Below, one piece after another: positions 48,110-54,675 of a stretch of DNA of 54,675 bases. The notes below the pieces were generated by a model. That model saw only the letters and a list, made by a program, of their open reading frames with translations. It was not told the origin of the DNA and did not search any database. The number at the start of each line of letters is the position of its first letter. Position 1 is the stretch's first letter. A program made the translations under genes and the position numbers. This DNA is from a virus (lineage: Duplodnaviria; Caudoviricetes), in the IMG/VR virus record IMGVR_UViG_3300012348_000137, positions 1 to 54,675 of that record; one strand, 5' to 3'.

Positions 48110-50671
48110 TTACGGGTTAATGCCGGTGCCGGTGGAGACGCCGAAGCGCTCGCCCGTTTCGACCTCGAGCTTGGCGAGCTCCATCGCCGTCAGGTTGTCC
48201 TGCGTGTTCATCGCCTGACGGACCTGCATCTCAGCCAGCTTGCGCTCGGTCTCGGAGCGCTCCTCGGCTTGCGCCTGCTGCAGCTTGGCACCTTCGATCT
48301 GGGCGTCCTGCTGCAGCTTGAGCTGATCGACCTGAGCGCGCTGCGCGTCGGCCTGAGCCTCCTGCTGCATCTTGGCGGCGTTGAGCTGCGTCTGCTGCTG
48401 CAGGCGGGCCATATCGACCTGCATGCGCTGGGCATCGGCCTGTGCCTGCTGTTGCATCTTGGCCTGCTCGATCTGCGCTCGCGGGTCTGCCACGGCCTGC
48501 GGCTGCTGCATCTGCTGGAGCAGCTGCTGGGCCTGCTGGATGACGGGCGGGAGTGACGAGAACACGTCGACTGCGCGTTGCGCCACCATCTGCGAGGCCT
48601 CGGCCAGCATGCCGTCGAAGGCGCGCTTCTCCTCGGGCGTCTTAATCTCCTTGAGCATGTCGCCGATGTCTTTGCCCGTAGCCTCGTTGCCCACCTCGAA
48701 TACGCTGTAGGCGTACCACAGGGCAACGTGCTCCTTGATGTGGTTGAGCATCGTCGGGATGAACGTCGGGGCGATCAGCGGGTTCATGCCCAGCGCCGGC
48801 GAGAGCATGTAGGCCAAGTGCGCCTTGAGGTGCGCGATGTGGTCCTGCTCTGGGAAGGCCACGATGGGCCGGCCCATAGTCGCGGCCACGTTCTCGTTGA
48901 CGGCGTTCTGCTCCTTCGGCTCCATGGCCGGGTTGAGCAGATCCTTGGCGTTGGGGATCTTGAGCGTCTCGAGGATGCGCTCCTCGACCTTGCGCAGGTT
49001 GTAGAGCTGCGGCAGCTGGGCCGCACGCTGGGCCACGGCCTGCACCTGAGCGAAGCGCTGCGCCTCGCTGAAGATGTTCGGGTCGCTAACCGGCACCACG
49101 TCGAGCGGGCCGTCGAAGTCGGCGCGTGTGGCCAGCTCCTCGCCGACCTCGGCCTCCACGTCCCCGTCGTCGAGGTACATGCCGTTGAGGCGGTGCAGGA
49201 TGCCCAGCATCTTCTGCATGGCGTTGTGCATGCGCGCGTGGATGGCGCTGAACACGACCATGCCCTGCTCGATCTTGGCGAGCGTGGTGCCGACGGGCGC
49301 GTTCGGGTTCTGGTCGGCGATGTCCTCCATCGCCGTGCGGACGACGCCCTTGCCGGCGTCAACAAGGAAACCAAGCAACTGGAACAGCACCGCCGACGGC
49401 GGATTGTACGGCAGCGGCATGACCAGCTTGCGGATGTCGTCCGCCGCCAGTCCGCCCTCGATCTCCATCACCTGCGTCGGCTGGATCTCGAGGCTCTGGC
49501 CGCCCTTGCTGCCGCCCTTGAGCTTCAGCATCGTCTGGCTGTTGCTGATGTGGGCGCTGTCAAGCAGGGCGCGCAGGGCACCGGTGGCGGCAGCGCTCAG
49601 GCCGCCAACCATGTGGGGCAGGCCGATGGGGTACGCGCCGCGCCACGGGATGAACGGGAACTCGACGAACCACTGCAGCTCTTCCTGCGCCTCGTCGAGC
49701 TCGTCCCAGTTGCGGTAGATGCTGAGCACCTTGCCGGACGTCTTGTCGATGCTGATGATGTAGGGCAGCGGCTCGTCGCCCTCGATGTCGGCGATGGCGT
49801 AGACCTCGTAGACGGTGCGCAGGCCGTCCTCGTTGTAGCTGGTCTCGTTGCGGCCCTCGATGCGGTTGTTGGCCTTCTCGACGATGCTGGCCTCGGGCTC
49901 CATCGTGACCGGACCGATGTCGATGTCGCGGTACATGCCGCTGCGCACGCGCCGGTTGTAGTCCAGCGCCGTCAGGTACTGGACGTGCGTCTTGCGCTGC
50001 GCCGAGTAGAAGTTGGTGGCGGCGAACGGCAGGTACAGGTCGTCGATGGCGACGAACAGGAACTCGGGCCGGTTGCGCGGCTCGTTCCATGTGACCTTCA
50101 TGTACTGCACGCCGCCCAGCGGCACCTGCGTCAGCAGCTGCTCGAGCTCTGAGCGGAACTCGGGCGACTGCACGGTCAGCTGCCAGTTCATGAACTGGGT
50201 CTTGCGCTGCGCCTTCTTGACCTTATCGCCAGTGGCTTCGCCGGGGATGAAGTCCTTGACCGGACCGTCAGGCGGGAACAGCTCCTTGATGGCGCGCGCG
50301 GCGAAATCAACGCAGGCCTCGGTCAGCAGCGGGTGCACGACCTTGGTCGCGCCTTGGAACTGCGCACCGCCGGGAGCGTCGTCGCCCAGACCGGTGCGGC
50401 GCAGGCCTTCCTCATACTGCTCGTCGCGCTTCTTGCGCGCTTCCTTGTCCTTGCCAATCAGGTCGAGGTAGGTCTGCCCGATGTCCTGCAGCTCGCTGTC
50501 CGACAGCGTCTCGGCGAGGTTGGCGTAGAAGTCCTCGGAGCGCGGCTGCAGATCGTCGTCGTCGTCATCGAGGCGCACGATGGCGCCGCCGTCTTCGGTA
50601 TCGATCACGTCCGGTTCATCGTCGCCGTCAAGCTCGATGATCTCGGTTTCGGGCAGCTCGTCTTCGTCCAT
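48110..50671 (-). CDS. portal protein (podovirus-type, long C-terminal coiled coil)
   Basis: Follows TerL; HP.L.EA.V.F.ARA..ELFP; PVGTTLA; VPVSDPNIFS. Confidence 0.9.
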   Translation of the reverse strand: MDEDELPETEIIELDGDDEPDVIDTEDGGAIVRLDDDDDDLQPRSEDFYANLAETLSDSELQDIGQTYLDLIGKDKEARKKRDEQYEEGLRRTGLGDDAPGGAQFQGATKVVHPLLTEACVDFAARAIKELFPPDGPVKDFIPGEATGDKVKKAQRKTQFMNWQLTVQSPEFRSELEQLLTQVPLGGVQYMKVTWNEPRNRPEFLFVAIDDLYLPFAATNFYSAQRKTHVQYLTALDYNRRVRSGMYRDIDIGPVTMEPEASIVEKANNRIEGRNETSYNEDGLRTVYEVYAIADIEGDEPLPYIISIDKTSGKVLSIYRNWDELDEAQEELQWFVEFPFIPWRGAYPIGLPHMVGGLSAAATGALRALLDSAHISNSQTMLKLKGGSKGGQSLEIQPTQVMEIEGGLAADDIRKLVMPLPYNPPSAVLFQLLGFLVDAGKGVVRTAMEDIADQNPNAPVGTTLAKIEQGMVVFSAIHARMHNAMQKMLGILHRLNGMYLDDGDVEAEVGEELATRADFDGPLDVVPVSDPNIFSEAQRFAQVQAVAQRAAQLPQLYNLRKVEERILETLKIPNAKDLLNPAMEPKEQNAVNENVAATMGRPIVAFPEQDHIAHLKAHLAYMLSPALGMNPLIAPTFIPTMLNHIKEHVALWYAYSVFEVGNEATGKDIGDMLKEIKTPEEKRAFDGMLAEASQMVAQRAVDVFSSLPPVIQQAQQLLQQMQQPQAVADPRAQIEQAKMQQQAQADAQRMQVDMARLQQQTQLNAAKMQQEAQADAQRAQVDQLKLQQDAQIEGAKLQQAQAEERSETERKLAEMQVRQAMNTQDNLTAMELAKLEVETGERFGVSTGTGINP

Positions 50672-50680
50672 CGCTCGCTC

Positions 50681-52144
50681 CTACGCAGCGTACGGGTTGG
50701 CAACGGGCTTCGGCGGCGGGCCACCCTGCTCGTCTTTGCGTGCTTGTACTGCATCCAGCAGGCGCTTGTCCATCATCAGACGCAAGGCTTGGCTAGTGCT
50801 GTCGACGTAGTCGTCGTGCTTGATGCTGCCGGGCCCGGTGTAGCTGCACAGCTGGTGCAGCATCGGATCCACCCAGTTGCGCGGCTTGCCGGGGTGCTTG
50901 GAGCTTTCGGGCAGCCAGACCATCTTGCGCGCGAAGATCGGCGAGACGATGTGCAGGCGGGTCAGCTTGTCGGCGCGGCCGGGGTTGTAGGCGTATGCCT
51001 CCAGCCCCTCGCGCTCGAGCATCTGGCGCAGCGAGATCCCGCTGCCCTTGTCCTCGATCAGCAGGATGTCGGGTTTGCGGCCAGACGTCGACGGCTTGCT
51101 GCTGCCGAACAGGGGCTTGATCACGGCCGTGTCGTCGTCGTCGCCGTAGGCGGTGTTCATCTCGCGGCGCACCTTGCGCAGCAGGTCGGGCAGGCCGAGG
51201 TGCTCGTCCCAGCAGTCGAGCAGCATGACGTTGTTGCGCTTCTCGTGGTGGAACACGCCCCACACGGTGCAGGCCGTCGGGTCGGCGTCGCCGGTGCGCT
51301 TGTCCATGGTCTGCTCGGTGAAAGCCGTGTCGAGCGACAGGACCACGAGGTCGAAGCGGGGCAGGGGCTTGTCGTGCGGCCACAGGCGGAAGTGGCTGCG
51401 CTTGACGATGCCGCTCTCCTCCGGGTCGATCAGCTCGCCATACAGTTCCTGTCGGCCGAGCGTCGTGCCCTCGTACTGGGCGAGCTGGTCGAAGAAGCTG
51501 TCGGGCAGGTTCGCCTTGTTGTCGTAGGTCGCGCCGGTGACGAGGATGCGGCCCGGCTTCTTGGCCACCAGCCGGCGCACCAGCTCCTTAGGCTTGGGCG
51601 TCGTGGTCCACAGTACCTGCGGATACTTGCCGAGACGCAGGCCCATCATCGCCATGTCCCACACGTCGTCGTACATCCACGCCGCCAGCTCGTCGCACCA
51701 GATGCGGACATGCTGCGGACCGCGCAGGCGCTCGGGCTTCTCGGCGGTGAAGCCCCGGATCGACGAGACGCCGCCGGCAGCGTTGTACATCTCGATCACG
51801 AGGTCCGACTTGTTGTAGGCCTTGATCAGCTCGGTGGGGATGACGTTGAGCAGGCCGCTCTCGCCCTCGAAGCAGGTGAACTTCACGTCCTGATAGGTCG
51901 GCGCGATCACGGCACTGTCGTAGCCCTCGGCGTCGAGGTAGACGGCCCTGCCCAGCCACTCGGCACCGACGCGGGTCTTACCGAAGCCCCGGCCGGCAAG
52001 GTAGCCGCACTCGACGAAGCCCTTCGGGGCCACCAGCTCGGGGATCTGGTTGGCGCGCGCCGTCTGCGCCCAGCGGTTCTGCCAGAGCAGGAAGGCAGCC
52101 TGCTGCGGGTTGAGCTGGCTCAGTATGGCGGTGTCGACGCTCAC
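50681..52144 (-). CDS. terL: terminase large subunit
   Basis: AGRGFGKT, LRGPQ, WCDELAAW, TTTPKP, DTAF, HDDYVDS. Confidence 0.95.
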   Translation of the reverse strand: MSVDTAILSQLNPQQAAFLLWQNRWAQTARANQIPELVAPKGFVECGYLAGRGFGKTRVGAEWLGRAVYLDAEGYDSAVIAPTYQDVKFTCFEGESGLLNVIPTELIKAYNKSDLVIEMYNAAGGVSSIRGFTAEKPERLRGPQHVRIWCDELAAWMYDDVWDMAMMGLRLGKYPQVLWTTTPKPKELVRRLVAKKPGRILVTGATYDNKANLPDSFFDQLAQYEGTTLGRQELYGELIDPEESGIVKRSHFRLWPHDKPLPRFDLVVLSLDTAFTEQTMDKRTGDADPTACTVWGVFHHEKRNNVMLLDCWDEHLGLPDLLRKVRREMNTAYGDDDDTAVIKPLFGSSKPSTSGRKPDILLIEDKGSGISLRQMLEREGLEAYAYNPGRADKLTRLHIVSPIFARKMVWLPESSKHPGKPRNWVDPMLHQLCSYTGPGSIKHDDYVDSTSQALRLMMDKRLLDAVQARKDEQGGPPPKPVANPYAA

Positions 52145-52193
52145 CCACCCACAATGGGGGTCATTGGGCAGCGGCGCAAGAGGCCCCGGCGTG

Positions 52194-52466
52194 TCAAGCC
52201 CGCTCGTAATACTCGGCCTCGATCAGAGCGTACTCGTGGCTGTCGCTGCCGTAGTAGCCGGCACTGCCATCGATCCAGTACTGCGCGTCGATGCGGCCGC
52301 GATACTGGATGCGGCCGGCGAGACGCTCGGCCTCGTCGCGGGTGAAGTAAGCGAAGTTCTTCGGGCCCTGATGGCGAAACCAAGTGCCGCCCACCGTGCG
52401 GACATCGACCGCGAAAGCTCCGTCAATGACTTCAACGATGGTGACGTAAGTGACGATGCGAGCCAT
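52194..52466 (-). CDS. hypothetical protein (moron under cassette 5)
   Basis: AGGAGA SD; own promoter. Confidence 0.7.
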   Translation of the reverse strand: MARIVTYVTIVEVIDGAFAVDVRTVGGTWFRHQGPKNFAYFTRDEAERLAGRIQYRGRIDAQYWIDGSAGYYGSDSHEYALIEAEYYERA

Positions 52467-52485
52467 TTGTGTTCTCCTGTCTGGC

Positions 52486-52550
52486 GGGGCGCTGCCCCTC
52501 GGTTGATGACCCCTTGTACGGGCCAGCGGCCCTCCATGTCAACAGGAAAA
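52486..52550 (-). promoter_or_regulatory. promoter/double-operator cassette, copy 5
   Basis: TTTT-CCTG-TTGACA(52542)-N18-TACAAG; GGGCC-GCT-GGCCC; GGGGC-AGC-GCCCC. Confidence 0.8.
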
Positions 52551-52748
52551 CTCATCCCCCGACAGCTCGTCGAAGCAGACGATCAGCTCGTGGCGCTCGA
52601 GGTCTCGCTCGCAGTAGAACAGCCCGGCACCCTCCCTGCTCAGGATCTCCATGGCCCAGTGCACCAGCCCGAGGAACTCCCAGCTGCCGGCCGCCGGCTG
52701 CGGGTCATCGTTGATGTCGCGCTCGAGGATGTACAGCCGGGAGATCAT
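52539..52748 (-). CDS. hypothetical protein
   Basis: ATGA-coupled to the end of terS. Confidence 0.55.
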   Translation of the reverse strand: MISRLYILERDINDDPQPAAGSWEFLGLVHWAMEILSREGAGLFYCERDLERHELIVCFDELSGDEFSC

Positions 52749-53248
52749 TTGCCGTCGCCCTTCGTCGCCGCGCGCTGCAGCAGCGCCTCCGTGAGCTCGC
52801 GCATGGTGTCGGGTGCCACGCGCGTCTCGGTCTCGGTCTTCACCGTGCCGCCATCGTGGCCAGCCAGATGCAGCTTGTCGCCGTACTTCTTGGGGCTCCA
52901 CTTCGCCAGCAGCTTGAGGCGCGTCTCGATCCGCAGCTTGCTGCGCTGCACGTGCTCGCTGTCGATCACGGTGTCCGTCGAGCCGTCCTGCTTCTTGCGC
53001 TCGATCCAGTCGTTGGTGCCGTCGTCGGCGATGTCGAGGATGTCCTCGGCGATGGCGTCGAAGCCCATGTCTCGCGCGTGCGCGATCCGTGCGGCGAGGT
53101 CGTCGTCGGCACTAATCCAATCGTACACCGTGCGCCAGTTTGGCATGCCGTCCTGCCGGCAGAGCTCTCGCAGTGGGATGCCGTCACACAGTCCGTGGAT
53201 GATGCGCTCTTCCACCTCCGGCGTCCGCTTCGTTGCCCTTTCAGCCAT
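52745..53248 (-). CDS. terS: terminase small subunit (Sf6-like)
   Basis: G.PLRELCRQDGMP...TVYDW; ILDIADD; RSKLRIETR..LLAKW.PKKYGDK. Confidence 0.9.
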   Translation of the reverse strand: MAERATKRTPEVEERIIHGLCDGIPLRELCRQDGMPNWRTVYDWISADDDLAARIAHARDMGFDAIAEDILDIADDGTNDWIERKKQDGSTDTVIDSEHVQRSKLRIETRLKLLAKWSPKKYGDKLHLAGHDGGTVKTETETRVAPDTMRELTEALLQRAATKGDGK

Positions 53249-53381
53249 GCTCCCGCTCCTTCCCTTCCCAATGGCCTCCGTGTTGCGTCAGGATGGCCCA
53301 CGAACGTCTCTAGCACACTCTCCGCCCCGACACACCAGTCACCACCCCGACGCGCTCTACGGCCCTTAAAATCGCTGGGCC

Positions 53382-53834
53382 TCACGAGTGCCTTGTGATG
53401 AGCGCGCCGCCGTCGATCTTGTTGACGCTGAACTTGAGGCCATGATCCTTGGCGTAGCTGGTCACGGCCGCGCGCAGCCGGGGCATTGCCTTGGCCTCCA
53501 TGTCGATCTTGTACGTTTGGCCGACCCTGATCCCGTGCAGCCCATAACGTGACACCGGCAGGGCAGACTTGTTGGCCTCGCCCTCGAACAGGTGAACCTT
53601 GTAGCACTGGTCACGCTTCACCTTGCCGAAGGCGTTGCGCTTGTCTGACGATGGGTCGAACCAGCCATAACCCCGGCCGCGTTCGATGGCTGCCCTGATG
53701 GCGCTGTCCAGCGCCCGAACCTCCTGTCGGGAGATGTCCTCTAGCTCGATGCCCATCTCATGGGCGTAGGCGCTCACGGCCGAGACGATCACGCTCGAGT
53801 TCAGCTTCAGGTTCTCATGGCCCCGCACAGTCAT
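53382..53834 (-). CDS. hypothetical protein, possibly DNA-binding
   Basis: GGAGGG SD before ATG 53834; SRY.L..I.VGQ..F.V.K..G..ITR C-terminal domain. Confidence 0.55.
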   Translation of the reverse strand: MTVRGHENLKLNSSVIVSAVSAYAHEMGIELEDISRQEVRALDSAIRAAIERGRGYGWFDPSSDKRNAFGKVKRDQCYKVHLFEGEANKSALPVSRYGLHGIRVGQTYKIDMEAKAMPRLRAAVTSYAKDHGLKFSVNKIDGGALITRHS

Positions 53835-53987
53835 CCGACATCCCTCCAAGCGCAAACGCCGCCCATGGGCAGCAGAAACACAGATATAGGCCAATTTGAT
53901 GACCGTCAACCCTTGTCCTTACGTGCGCGCGCGGGGTGCGGATGTCCGCTTTATAATAAAAGAAGAGTTCTTTTTTATCTTTTCCTA

Positions 53988-54073
53988 CGCAAGGGCAGGG
54001 GTGGACAGTCATCACGCCACTTAATGCCACTTACTATTAAGAATGGGCATGACTGTCCGCCCTTGCCCTTGCG
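53988..54073. repeat. 25-bp inverted repeat (2 mismatches) around a 36-nt loop
   Basis: CGCAAGGGCAGGGGTGGACAGTCAT / ATGACTGTCCGCCCTTGCCCTTGCG. Confidence 0.85.
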
Positions 54074-54119
54074 CGCGTAGCCGCTCATTCGCCGAAAACG
54101 TATCCGTACGGTTTTGTGC

Positions 54120-54158
54120 AAGAAAGAAGGCCCACCCAGTTCCCCGGATGGGCCTCTT
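54120..54158 (-). terminator. putative Rho-independent terminator
   Basis: AGGCCCA..TGGGCCT stem followed by TCTTTCTT. Confidence 0.65.
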
Positions 54159-54180
54159 GATGATGCGTTGGCACCGCCAC

Positions 54181-54480
54181 TCAGCGGCAGACATCCCGCC
54201 AGCGGCAGATGCCGTCGTCGTCGCAGACGTAGCGCGGGCTACAGGACGACGTGCCCACCGGCGGTATCATGGGCGGCCGGATCGGCCGGATGCTGGGCGG
54301 CGCGATGGGGCGCACCGACGGCGTGCGCGGGCCCGGTATGTCCAGTGCATCGTCGCACAGCGGCACCTGCCGGCACTGGCCGTAGCTGCAGTCCCACTGC
54401 CACGTGCACGCGGCGCGGGCGGGCTGGGCGGCGAGCGCGGCCAGTGCCAGCGCGGTGATGGTGATGATGCGTGTCGTCAT
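54181..54480 (-). CDS. secreted 8-Cys, Pro-rich small protein
   Basis: Signal peptide ending ARA-A; GAGGAG SD; ATGA-coupled to the upstream gene. Confidence 0.75.
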   Translation of the reverse strand: MTTRIITITALALAALAAQPARAACTWQWDCSYGQCRQVPLCDDALDIPGPRTPSVRPIAPPSIRPIRPPMIPPVGTSSCSPRYVCDDDGICRWRDVCR

Positions 54481-54675
54481 TCCGTGATCTCCTCTGGCGT
54501 TGCAAAGCCAAACATCGGCAGAAAAAAGAACGGTTGCCCACGCTTACGCATGACTGCCGCGCCTTGTATTTCGTTCGTCGCCCCTGCGGCGGCCCATGCG
54601 GCGTCCCATGCGGCGTCCCCTGCGGCGGCCCTTGCGGCGGCCCTTGCGGCGTCCCCTGCGGCGGCCCTTGCGGCG
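54477..54675 (-). CDS. C-terminal part of the end-spanning gene, with AA[RGW][AD] repeats
   Basis: AARAAAGDAARAAARAAAGDAAWDAAWAAAGATNEIQ...FATPEEITE*. Confidence 0.75.
   Translation of the reverse strand, partial: AARAAAGDAARAAARAAAGDAAWDAAWAAAGATNEIQGAAVMRKRGQPFFFLPMFGFATPEEITE
54581..54675 (-). repeat. 12-bp coding tandem repeat GCC GCA [A/G/T]GG G[A/C]C, at least 8 units
   Basis: Directly visible; runs off the window end. Confidence 0.9.

Noticed and set aside
52165-52200. TTGACA with GGGGCC upstream of terL as a sixth cassette
   Set aside because: No matching half-site, no good -10 and no second palindrome

Overview
A nearly complete, GC-rich (visually about 65%) dsDNA tailed-phage genome of about 54.7 kb with a podovirus-type virion module. 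The host is probably alphaproteobacterial (inference). Both window ends fall inside one minus-strand gene at a 12-bp tandem repeat, so the window appears to be a circularly permuted genome broken at that repeat. Modules: (1) 1.2-9.3 kb, polymerase-less replication/recombination (zf-CHC2/TOPRIM/DUF3987 primase, Cro-like HTH, AAA_24 ATPase, HNH nuclease, SSB, YqaJ exonuclease, SF2 helicase, VRR-NUC). (2) 9.6-16.9 kb, small early/accessory genes around a four-gene lysis cassette. (3) 16.9-53.2 kb on the minus strand: terminases, portal, GroES, scaffold, Mu-gpT-like capsid protein, small basic proteins, adaptors, two large fibres, tail tube and six ejection-type proteins. I saw no integrase, DNA polymerase, tRNA or CRISPR. 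Most notable signals: an ejection protein with up to nine TonB-box-like motifs; a second ejection protein with matched 13x23-aa and 13x25-aa repeat arms; a terminal cargo protein with a HhH-GPD glycosylase-like domain; a shared xAKGG-type motif across internal proteins; five dispersed promoter/double-operator cassettes linked to an XRE regulator; and two RNAP alpha-CTD-like proteins. All family names come from recalled motifs, not from searches.
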